Assembly: GCA_024640765.1 (NCBI GenBank)
Contig: JAHEEK010000004.1
Coordinates: forward strand, 114,575 to 146,574
Direction: 5' to 3'
Length of the DNA stretch: 32,000 nt
From: Thalassobium sp.
GTDB taxonomy: Bacteria; Pseudomonadota; Alphaproteobacteria; Rhodobacterales; Rhodobacteraceae
Part shown: positions 1 to 7,802 of the stretch, piece after piece
Layout of the letters: each line of letters opens with the position of its first letter
Numbering within the stretch: the first letter of the stretch is position 1
Translations under genes and position numbers: made by a program
The notes under the pieces: model-generated
Databases searched by the model: none
What the model saw: only the letters and a program-made list of their open reading frames with translations
Told to the model about the DNA's origin: nothing

Positions 1-987
1 GGTCCGAAGATAAAACGGCGTGCCAGCCCATCGCCAATTAGACAACTGCAGCTTTAGGGCGATAAAGCTTTCCGCAAAACTTCTTTCGTTTTCAACATCT
101 TGCCGATAGGAGTTCATGTCACCATGAGCGCTATATTGACCACGAACAATATGGTGGGTCTCTACATCATCAAGTGCACGTATGACTTTCAGTTTTTCAT
201 CGCGAACCGCATCAGGATCAAACTTTGACGGCGGCTCCATCGCAATGAGGCAGAGCAATTGCATCAAGTGGTTCTGCACCATATCGCGCATCGCACCAGA
301 TTTATCATAGTAGCCCCCGCGCCCGCCAACGCCTACAGTTTCGGCAACAGTGATCTGAATATGATCAACGTACTGGCTGTTCCAAAGCGGCTCAAACAAG
401 ATGTTGCCAAAACGGACAGCCATCAGGTTTTGAACAGTTTCTTTGCCAAGGTAATGGTCAATACGGTAAATCTGGCTTTCGTCAAAATGCTTAGCCAAAT
501 CATGGTTCAGCGCGCGCGCCGTCTGAAGATCACGACCAAAAGGTTTCTCAACGACAATGCGAGAGGCCGCATCGGCCAGACCAAAACTGGTTAACCGCTC
601 TGCGATATCGGCAAAAAGACCGGGCCCTACGGACAGATAGAACGCCCGAACCACACCACTGCGCATTTGCGCCGCAAGTTCTTTCCACCCACCGTCGCCA
701 CGTGCGTCGGTCGTCACATAGTGCAGTTGTAGCAAAAAATCGGGAAGTTCAGGGCGTGATGAAAGACCATCTCCGCCGAATTCTATAATTGCATCGCGGA
801 CAAGTGTCCGAAAGCCATCGCTATCCATTTCTGAGCGCGCAGCACCAATGATACGGGCGTCTGCGGGCATCTGTCCTGCACAAAAACGGCGGAAAAGACC
901 CGGTAAAATCTTCCGGCGTGCAAGGTCCCCTGTCGCGCCAAAAATTACCAAATCAAAATCATCTACGGGTATGACGCGGCTGACCAT
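1..987 (-). CDS. zwf: glucose-6-phosphate 1-dehydrogenase, N-terminal 329 codons; the 3' end runs off the window
   Basis: Hand translation from ATG at 987-985 gives MVSRVIPVDDFDLVIFGATGDLARRKILPGLF (Zwf NADP-binding signature). Near position 60 it gives LKLQLSNWRWAGTPFYLRT (Zwf WRW..PFYLRTGK block). The frame stays open to position 1. It is absent from the ORF track because no stop lies in the window. Confidence 0.9.
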   Translation of the reverse strand, partial: MVSRVIPVDDFDLVIFGATGDLARRKILPGLFRRFCAGQMPADARIIGAARSEMDSDGFRTLVRDAIIEFGGDGLSSRPELPDFLLQLHYVTTDARGDGGWKELAAQMRSGVVRAFYLSVGPGLFADIAERLTSFGLADAASRIVVEKPFGRDLQTARALNHDLAKHFDESQIYRIDHYLGKETVQNLMAVRFGNILFEPLWNSQYVDHIQITVAETVGVGGRGGYYDKSGAMRDMVQNHLMQLLCLIAMEPPSKFDPDAVRDEKLKVIRALDDVETHHIVRGQYSAHGDMNSYRQDVENERSFAESFIALKLQLSNWRWAGTPFYLRT

Positions 988-1068
988 GGGCAAACTTCTC
1001 CTTTGAACGCTATGTTAGCGCTAAACTTGAGCCCCTGTTACGATCAAATCCAAAGACTGTCCAGCGTC

Positions 1069-1653
1069 TCAGGCTTCCAGTTCGGCGTCCCAGTAGAGAA
1101 AATCCATCCAGCTTTTATGCAAATGGTTCGGTGGAAACTTTCGCCCCATGTTCCGAAGTTGCTCTGATTCAGGTCGGCGCGGCGGTTTGCGAAGGCTCAT
1201 CCCCAACTGTTTGAGCGAGCGCGATCCTTTCTTCAGGTTACACGGGCTGCATGCTGCGACCACATTCGTCCAGCTTGTAATCCCGCCATCGGCGCGCGGC
1301 ACCACGTGATCAAAAGTCAGATCCCCTTTTGAGCCACAGTACTGACAGGTGAATTCATCGCGCAGAAACAGATTAAACCGCGTGAAAGCAACACGCTTTT
1401 GCGGCCTCACATAGTCTTTCAAAACCACCACAGAGGGGATTTTGATTTTCGTCGAGGGCGAGCTGACGTAGTCATCATATTCCGCAACGATATCAACCCG
1501 CTCAAGCCACGCGGCCTTGATGGCATCCTGCCACGGCCAGAGTGAAAGCGGATAATAGCTAAGCGGGCGATAATCAGCGTTCAGCACTAGGGCTGGATTA
1601 TGCCGTAAGTTATTGGGTTCCCGTACAAAACTGGTCCTGAACTCGGGTTCCAT
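1069..1653 (-). CDS. HNH endonuclease family protein (McrA/COG1403-like)
   Basis: HNH motif CQYCGSKGDLTFDHVVPRADGGITSWTNVVAACSPCNLKKG. The start is moved to MEPEFRTSF (ATG 1653), which has a GGAGGT 9 nt upstream; the ORF-track start at 1722 is less likely. Confidence 0.85.
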   Translation of the reverse strand: MEPEFRTSFVREPNNLRHNPALVLNADYRPLSYYPLSLWPWQDAIKAAWLERVDIVAEYDDYVSSPSTKIKIPSVVVLKDYVRPQKRVAFTRFNLFLRDEFTCQYCGSKGDLTFDHVVPRADGGITSWTNVVAACSPCNLKKGSRSLKQLGMSLRKPPRRPESEQLRNMGRKFPPNHLHKSWMDFLYWDAELEA

Positions 1654-1904
1654 TGGGTCGTGACCTCCGCATAGGTTTTCCATCGCCCAAAACGGGCAAG
1701 TCCGAAACACATGCGGGTGCAAGGTCCCGTCCTAAGCAGGACTATATATGGCGCTGGGCATCTGGCAAGCCTCTAGATAGGCTCTGAATGTCGCAGGTCA
1801 TAGTGGCCCCTCGAGAAACGAAGAAAGCCGCCCCGCGCGGATGCTAAACAAACACGCAGGACGGCTTTTGGCGGACATCTGTCCGCCACTGTTTTCAGGC
1901 TAAA

Positions 1905-2453
1905 TTATTCGGCTTTTTGCGCCTCAATTGAGATTTTTACCTCAACCGCATCGCTTACAGCTGGGGCAAAGTTGCCAACACCGAAGTCAGACCGCAACAA
2001 CGTGGTTGTCGCATCAAACCCCAACCAAGGCTTGTTGGCGAACGGGTGCGCAGCAGCCTTATTCAAAACCGCATTAAGCACAACGGATTTGGTCACGTCG
2101 TTCATGGTCAAATCGCCTGTGATCTTGGCTGTATCATCGCCAGTCACTTCGATCGCAGTTGAAGTAAATGTTACCAGATCGCCTTCTTTAGCGCCAAAAA
2201 AGTCATCGCTCATGAAGTGGCCTTCGCGGGCCTCCCAGCCAGTGAACATGCTCATGACGGGCATTGAAACAGTGACAGAACTGGACGCAGGCGTATCTGC
2301 GTCAAACATGATCTCACCTTCAAAGCCAGAGAACATACCGTAAGTTGTTGAAAACCCAAGGTGATCATAGCTGAACAGAACTTGGCTGTGGCTCGCATCA
2401 AGTGTGTATTTTTCAGCGGCAGCAAACACGCTGGTCGCAAGGCCAGCAGCCAA
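1905..2453 (-). CDS. yceI: YceI-family periplasmic polyisoprenoid-binding protein; the annotated TTG start is doubtful (see finding)
   Basis: YTLDASHSQVLFSYDHLGFSTTYGMFSGFEGEI is the typical YceI N-terminal block. The C-terminal part has a beta-barrel-like pattern. The N-terminus from TTG 2453 is too short for the expected signal peptide. Confidence 0.85.
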   Translation of the reverse strand: MAAGLATSVFAAAEKYTLDASHSQVLFSYDHLGFSTTYGMFSGFEGEIMFDADTPASSSVTVSMPVMSMFTGWEAREGHFMSDDFFGAKEGDLVTFTSTAIEVTGDDTAKITGDLTMNDVTKSVVLNAVLNKAAAHPFANKPWLGFDATTTLLRSDFGVGNFAPAVSDAVEVKISIEAQKAE

Positions 2454-2634
2454 AACAGACGAAGTAAGAAAAGTACGGAACGTAAAATAACATCCTTTGG
2501 TAAATGTTTTTGGTCACACAACATACGTTGCACCGGTGTTAATCAACTCGCGATCTATCAACATATCGTGTTCGCAAAAGCACAAATACGTGAAGGTAAC
2601 AGCAATTGTGCACATCAGTGCACACGGAGCGACA

Positions 2635-3174
2635 CTAACCAATCACCGCGATCAGCCGATGATAAATGGCAAACACTTGGCCTTGGGGGCCCGACACAAG
2701 GACCTCTGCCAAAGATGTATCTGTAGGCCGTGCTGCGATGCCTGCGCCCTGCCCTGTTCGAACCATTGCAATTTGATCAGCGTTCGTCAGCCGCATGGAG
2801 CGGATAATCTTGCCCGAGCCAATTTGATGCCGACTCAAAACTTTTGTGCGAAAATCAAATTCGGTCTGTGTTTGCCCGGTGTTGCGCGCGCCGTACATCA
2901 TCAAAGCACCCACGACGACGAAAAGAGCGCAAACAGCCATCTGCACAGTCCAAAGCGCGCTTGGGATATCATGGCGGTTCATAGCAGCCATCAAAATGCC
3001 AGCACACAACCGCGCCAGGCCAACCACAACAGTCGCAAGCTGCCCCAAGACACGCGCATTCACAGCACCGCGCTCTATGATAATGATACCCCACTCGGTT
3101 TCGGTCACATCCAACCGGATATCGACGACGGCTGCATCATGGGAAAAATTTCGGGCTGGACTGCTGATACTCAT
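2635..3174 (-). CDS. hypothetical membrane protein with two predicted TM helices
   Basis: Start MSISSPARNF (ATG 3174) is preceded by GAGGTG. Two hydrophobic segments are present: VLGQLATVVVGLARLCAGILMAAM and LWTVQMAVCALFVVVGALMMYGA. Codon usage resembles neighbouring genes, whereas the overlapping plus-strand ORFs are Cys/His-rich. I recognised no family. Confidence 0.55.
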   Translation of the reverse strand: MSISSPARNFSHDAAVVDIRLDVTETEWGIIIIERGAVNARVLGQLATVVVGLARLCAGILMAAMNRHDIPSALWTVQMAVCALFVVVGALMMYGARNTGQTQTEFDFRTKVLSRHQIGSGKIIRSMRLTNADQIAMVRTGQGAGIAARPTDTSLAEVLVSGPQGQVFAIYHRLIAVIG

Positions 3175-3416
3175 TAATTTGCTCACCTCATTATTCCGCC
3201 ACACAAACCGCAAAGAACGGCAAAAAAGAGGCGCTTCCGCGGCCTTGCAAAGAAAAAGAAAAGCTGTTGCGGTCTGCGGGCTTGCGCCATGTGTGTAAGG
3301 GCGCTAAACGGCAAGCCTGTCGTCCAACTCGATTGAACCGCGTAACCTCTCGTGGGTGGACGGGCGGCAGTTCATACCACCCTTTGAAGTGCGCCAGAAA
3401 ATGAATGGAGCAACCC

Positions 3417-3773
3417 ATGCCTTTGTATGAGCATGTGTTCATCGCGCGTCAGGACTTGTCCAACGCGCAAGCTGAATCCCTGATCGAACACTTCGGGACA
3501 GTCCTTGCGGATAACGGCGGCAAAGCTGTCGATTCAGAGTATTGGGGCGTCAAAACGATGGCCTACAAAATCAACAAAAACCGCAAAGGCCACTACGCCT
3601 ATTTGCGCTCCGACGCGCCTGCAACGGCCGTTCAGGAGATGGAACGCCTGATGCGTTTGCATGAAGATGTGATGCGTGTGCTGACCATCAAAGTCGATGA
3701 GCACGCAGAGCTGCCATCCGTACAACTGCAAAAACGCGAAGAACGTGGCGATCGCCGCGAGCGCCGCAGCTAA
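3417..3773 (+). CDS. rpsF: 30S ribosomal protein S6
   Basis: MPLYEHVFIARQDLSNAQAESLIE...YWGVKTMAYKINKNRKGHYAY is canonical S6. GGAG lies 7 nt upstream of ATG 3417. Confidence 0.97.
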   Translation: MPLYEHVFIARQDLSNAQAESLIEHFGTVLADNGGKAVDSEYWGVKTMAYKINKNRKGHYAYLRSDAPATAVQEMERLMRLHEDVMRVLTIKVDEHAELPSVQLQKREERGDRRERRS

Positions 3774-3787
3774 GAAAGGGCTAAACC

Positions 3788-4015
3788 ATGGCAACTAAAC
3801 CATTTTTCCGCCGTCGCAAAGTGTGCCCCTTCTCTGGTGAGAACGCACCCACGATCGATTATAAAGACACACGTCTGCTGCAGCGCTACATTTCTGAGCG
3901 TGGCAAAATCGTGCCGTCCCGCATCACAGCAGTCTCTGCTAAGAAACAACGCGAGTTGGCCCGTGCCATCAAACGCGCTCGTTTCCTCGCCCTGCTGCCA
4001 TACGCTGTTAAGTAA
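3788..4015 (+). CDS. rpsR: 30S ribosomal protein S18
   Basis: [12 protein letters not shown]...[50 protein letters not shown] is canonical S18. Confidence 0.97.
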   Translation: MATKPFFRRRKVCPFSGENAPTIDYKDTRLLQRYISERGKIVPSRITAVSAKKQRELARAIKRARFLALLPYAVK

Positions 4016-4026
4016 GGAGAAAGCAC

Positions 4027-4644
4027 ATGCAAGTTATCCTTCTCGAACGCGTTGCAAAACTCGGCCAGATGGGCGAAGTCGTCGACGTAAAGCCAGGTTA
4101 CGCACGTAACTTTTTGCTACCACAAGGCAAAGCGCTGACTGCTTCAAAAGGCAACATCGCTGGGTTTGAAGCACAAAAAGCGCAACTCGAAGCACAGAAC
4201 CTCGAAACCAAGAAAGAAGCCGATGCAATGGCTGAAAAGCTTGGCGGACAGCAGTTTGTTGTGATTCGCTCTGCATCAGACGCAGGCGCGCTCTACGGTT
4301 CCGTGACAACACGCGACGCCGCAGAAGCAGCAACCGCCGAAGGCTTCACGCTTGACCGCAAACAGGTTGCATTGATCGCACCGATCAAAATTCTCGGTCT
4401 GCATGACGTTTCCGTGAAATTGCACCCAGAAGTTGAGTGTACAATCACAATGAACGTTGCACGCTCAACCGAAGAAGCTGAGCTTCAAGCCTCAGGCAAG
4501 TCGATCCAAGAATTGGCTGCAGAAGCAGAAGCTGAAGCAGAATTCGAAATCGCGGAACTGTTTGACGATATCGGCTCTGCTGCATCTGACGATGATGATC
4601 TTGATGTGACACCGGCTGCTGCAGATGATGCGGAAGACGCGTAG
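4027..4644 (+). CDS. rplI: 50S ribosomal protein L9 with a long acidic C-terminal extension
   Basis: [36 protein letters not shown] is canonical L9. The length is 205 aa and the tail is rich in D/E/A. Confidence 0.95.
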   Translation: MQVILLERVAKLGQMGEVVDVKPGYARNFLLPQGKALTASKGNIAGFEAQKAQLEAQNLETKKEADAMAEKLGGQQFVVIRSASDAGALYGSVTTRDAAEAATAEGFTLDRKQVALIAPIKILGLHDVSVKLHPEVECTITMNVARSTEEAELQASGKSIQELAAEAEAEAEFEIAELFDDIGSAASDDDDLDVTPAAADDAEDA

Positions 4645-4677
4645 GGCTAGCCCTTTTCGCTAGATCTAAAAAATTAG

Positions 4678-4709
4678 AAAGCCGCGCCCGATTGGACGCG
4701 GCTTTTTTC
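4678..4709. terminator. Rho-independent terminator hairpin, probably bidirectional
   Basis: GCCGCG (4681-4686) pairs with CGCGGC (4697-4702), followed by TTTTTT. An A-run sits on the left flank, so it can also terminate the convergent minus-strand small ORF. Confidence 0.7.
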
Positions 4710-4737
4710 TTGGCTAAGATAAATACGGCACAAAGCG

Positions 4738-4848
4738 TTAGAATAAGTAGCGCACTAGGATCGCCGCCAGCATCACAATACCCGCGACAATCACGGCCGT
4801 ATCCACCAAGCTACCAAATCCTAAACCACGTTTTTTGTTATCCGACAT
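4738..4848 (-). CDS. possible 36-aa small hydrophobic protein (MSDNKKRGLGFGSLVDTAVIVAGIVMLAAILVRYLF)
   Basis: Short ORF with a basic N-terminus and one TM-like segment, lying between two terminator hairpins. It has no convincing SD and matches no family I recognise. Confidence 0.25.
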   Translation of the reverse strand: MSDNKKRGLGFGSLVDTAVIVAGIVMLAAILVRYLF

Positions 4849-4970
4849 ACACACCACCACATTACCGATTACGACAAAACCTGCGTGAGTGGGCCACTGA
4901 AACGGTCCCTGTGTCAAGCGCGCGCAGAAGCGAATGTACAAATCACAAAGCGACACCAATAAGCAGGCAC

Positions 4971-5002
4971 AAAAAAGCCGCTCCTGATTTATCAGGAACG
5001 GC
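4971..5002 (-). terminator. Rho-independent terminator downstream of tig
   Basis: On the minus strand, GCCGTTCCTGAT-AA-ATCAGGAGCGGC is followed by TTTTTT (plus coordinates 4971-4976). Confidence 0.7.
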
Positions 5003-5044
5003 CCTATTTTTCAGTGCATACGCGCCCAGTGGGCGATGCAAGAA

Positions 5045-6376
5045 TTACTCGTCTTCGAGCGCTTCTACAGCAGATTGAAGGTCATCCTTGCTCACTTCTT
5101 TTTCAGACACTTTTGCTTGATCCGCGATGTGATCTACCACTTTGTCTTCAAAGAGAGGTGCGCGCAGTTGCTGCTGCATCTGCTGGTTTTGTTGAACGAA
5201 TTCGAAGAACTGACGCTCTTGACCAGGGTACTGACGCGCTTGGTTCATGATCGCTTGGGTCATTTCGGCATCGCTTACTTCAACAGCGGCCTTCTGACCG
5301 ATCTCTGCAAGCAACAAACCAAGGCGAACGCGACGGCCAGCCAATGCGATATGCTCTTCTGTTGGCGTGATTTCTGGGTGGTCGTGACCTTCCACCTCAG
5401 GGTTCTCTTCGTGCCACAGTTGGTGGGCGATTTGACCAGCTTCTGCATCAAGCAAAGACGGTGGCAGATCGAAATCAACTTTTTTGTCCAACGCATCAAG
5501 CAGACCGCGCTTCATAACTGCACGGGCAGCACCTGCGTATTCCGCTTCAAGACGCTCGCCGATTTGACCTTTCAGCGCAGCAAGATCTTCCGCGCCAAAA
5601 CCCTTGGCCATCTCGTCGTTAATTTCAGCTGCAACAGGCTCTTTCACTGCTTTGATTGTGCATGTGAATGTCGCCTCTTTGCCCGCAAGATGCTCGGCTT
5701 GGTAATCTTCTGGGAAAGACACAACAACGTCTTTCACTTCTTCGGCTTTTACGCCAACAAGCTGCTCTTCGAAGCCCGGGATGAACGAGTTTGAACCCAG
5801 AACCAGCGGGTAATCTTCAGCAGCGCCGCCATCAAATGCTTCGCCGTCAACTTTGCCCAAGAAATCCATAACAACTTGATCGCCGTCTTTCGCCTTGGTG
5901 CCTTTTTTGCGGTCTTTGAAGTTTTGCGCAGTCTCGGCCAATGAAGCCAGCGCCTCATCGATCGCTGCGTCGTCAGCTTTAACAATCAGTTTCTCAAGCT
6001 CGATGTCTGAGAAATCAACGTCAGGAATGGCTGGCAGAGCTTCGTAGCTCATGTCTACGGCAACATCGTCGCCCTCTTTCCAGTTTTCGTTGGTCATTTT
6101 GACTTCTGGTTGCATCGCGGGGCGATCACCAGTTTCTTCAAAATGCTTGGCCATTGCGCCATCGATGGCTTCTTGCATGGCTTCGCCCATCACGCGTGGA
6201 CCGTATTGCTTTTTGAGCAACGCCATCGGGACTTTGCCCTTGCGGAAGCCCTTCATTTCGATTTCTGGCTGCGCTTCAACCAGTTTCTCGTTAACTTTGG
6301 CGTCCAATTCCGCGGCAGGTACCACGATGGAATAAGCGCGTTTCAGACCTTCGTTCAATGTCTCAGTGACCTGCAT
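5045..6376 (-). CDS. tig: trigger factor
   Basis: 443 aa. [28 protein letters not shown]...[17 protein letters not shown] is the trigger-factor ribosome-binding signature (GFRxGxxP). Confidence 0.97.
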   Translation of the reverse strand: MQVTETLNEGLKRAYSIVVPAAELDAKVNEKLVEAQPEIEMKGFRKGKVPMALLKKQYGPRVMGEAMQEAIDGAMAKHFEETGDRPAMQPEVKMTNENWKEGDDVAVDMSYEALPAIPDVDFSDIELEKLIVKADDAAIDEALASLAETAQNFKDRKKGTKAKDGDQVVMDFLGKVDGEAFDGGAAEDYPLVLGSNSFIPGFEEQLVGVKAEEVKDVVVSFPEDYQAEHLAGKEATFTCTIKAVKEPVAAEINDEMAKGFGAEDLAALKGQIGERLEAEYAGAARAVMKRGLLDALDKKVDFDLPPSLLDAEAGQIAHQLWHEENPEVEGHDHPEITPTEEHIALAGRRVRLGLLLAEIGQKAAVEVSDAEMTQAIMNQARQYPGQERQFFEFVQQNQQMQQQLRAPLFEDKVVDHIADQAKVSEKEVSKDDLQSAVEALEDE

Positions 6377-6483
6377 AGGGATCGTCCTTTTATCGGCGTA
6401 ATACGTAATTCAGCGGCCCTTCTATGAGGGTCGGCCAAAAGGTGCAAGCGCCTTTCAAAATATGCCTAAATCTATTGTGTAAA

Positions 6484-6568
6484 TGGTACGGGTGAAGGGA
6501 CTTGAACCCCCACGCCTCGCGGCGCCAGAACCTAAATCTGGTGCGTCTACCAATTCCGCCACACCCGC
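6484..6568 (-). tRNA. tRNA-Leu, anticodon UAG, long variable arm, CCA encoded
   Basis: Reverse complement is GCGGGTGTGGCGGAATTGGTAGACGCACCAGATTTAGGTTCTGGCGCCGCGAGGCGTGGGGGTTCAAGTCCCTTCACCCGTACCA. The anticodon stem CCAGA/TCTGG carries loop TTTAGGT, and GGTTCAAGTCC is the T-arm. The acceptor pair 1:72 is a G:U wobble. Confidence 0.93.
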
Positions 6569-6732
6569 ACTGCGCAAGCACTTAGCAAAGCTCTGCGCGG
6601 GATGCGAGAGGGTTTTTGCGCAACAGGCGAAAAAATCTGCATAAAATGCATCAGGTCCCAGAATTCTTATCAAGACAGCACGTTCACCCTTTGTTAAGGT
6701 TAAGGGATTGAGGCAGTAGCAGGACTTGCGTG

Positions 6733-7254
6733 ATGGAGCCAAAAATGGCCGGACGCACTGCAGAGCAGGTTAATACATACACAAGAACTGACCACTCTAA
6801 CGGTGTGCACGAATTACATGCGTCTGGCTTTCTGGCCGGCACGTTAATCATGACAGCGGAAGGCGAGCTTCCCGTTGAATACCTCAACGCAGGCGATCGT
6901 ATTGTATCGCGCAACCGCGGTTTGGTCAGGCTTGTGGGCATTCATCAAAGTTCTGATATCTTCGAACCGATACACATGTCCGCCCATGGGCTCGGACCTG
7001 ACCTGCCCCGCGGTCATCTGTCCTTACGCACCGATCAACCTATTTTGCTGCGCAACTGGCTGGCGAAGGCCCTGCGCGGGACACCTCAAGCGATCATTAA
7101 TGCTGAAAAACTGGTTAATGGCGAGACGATTGTCCGCGGAACCAAGCGGCGCACAACATTGCTACACCTACAGTTTGATACCCCGCAGATCATTTATGCG
7201 AACGGGCTTGAAATGATCGTTGAGCGCGAACGTATCACATCATTAACTGAGTAA
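6733..7254 (+). CDS. Hint (Hedgehog/intein-like, Hint_2-type) domain protein
   Basis: GFLAGTLIMTAEGELPVEYLNAGDRIVSRNRGLVRLVGI matches the Hint_2 N-terminal block (CFxxGTxIxTxxGxxxVExLxxGDxVxT). HLQFDTPQIIYANGLE matches the C-terminal block. The start codon is uncertain (GTG 6730, ATG 6733 or ATG 6745). Confidence 0.8.
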   Translation: MEPKMAGRTAEQVNTYTRTDHSNGVHELHASGFLAGTLIMTAEGELPVEYLNAGDRIVSRNRGLVRLVGIHQSSDIFEPIHMSAHGLGPDLPRGHLSLRTDQPILLRNWLAKALRGTPQAIINAEKLVNGETIVRGTKRRTTLLHLQFDTPQIIYANGLEMIVERERITSLTE

Positions 7255-7256
7255 TC

Positions 7257-7284
7257 TTGCTCCAAGTGAGGAGCAATTTATTTT
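7257..7284 (+). terminator. Rho-independent terminator after the Hint-domain gene
   Basis: TTGCTCC-AAGTGA-GGAGCAA is followed by TTTATTTT. Confidence 0.6.
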
Positions 7285-7312
7285 CTGCGCTTATTTTTGG
7301 CGCGTTGCTTAA

Positions 7313-7768
<456 letters not shown>

Positions 7769-7802
7769 CCCATTCTTTACCCAAACTATTTCTAAGGGAG
7801 CC

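Noticed and set aside
259-594. A 111-aa plus-strand ORF.
   Set aside because: It lies inside the zwf coding region on the opposite strand, and zwf motifs are read continuously through it.
1069-1722. The HNH endonuclease as part of a restriction or defence system.
   Set aside because: There is no adjacent methyltransferase, helicase, ATPase or other defence partner. It is flanked by zwf and yceI. To my recollection, this roughly 190-aa HNH type is a widely conserved stand-alone gene in Alphaproteobacteria.
2497-3177. 226-aa and 150-aa plus-strand ORFs overlapping the two-TM gene.
   Set aside because: Their composition is Cys/His/Arg-rich, they have no TM or domain logic, and they lack an SD. 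The minus-strand ORF has a GAGGTG SD, sensible hydrophobic helices and codon usage like its neighbours.
5036-5794. A 252-aa plus-strand ORF.
   Set aside because: It lies entirely antisense to trigger factor, whose identity is unambiguous. It is rich in F/L/C/H with no family resemblance, which is typical of a shadow ORF.
6377-7254. A tRNA-Leu-associated genomic island carrying the Hint gene.
   Set aside because: There is no integrase, no direct repeat of the tRNA 3' end, and only about 100 nt between the tRNA 3' end and tig. The Hint gene lies on the 5' side of the tRNA, and the flanks are core genes.
7298-7309. A sigma-54-like TGGCGC...TTGC element upstream of glnB.
   Set aside because: The GG and GC dinucleotides start 8 nt apart instead of the 12 nt required by TGGCAC-N5-TTGC.
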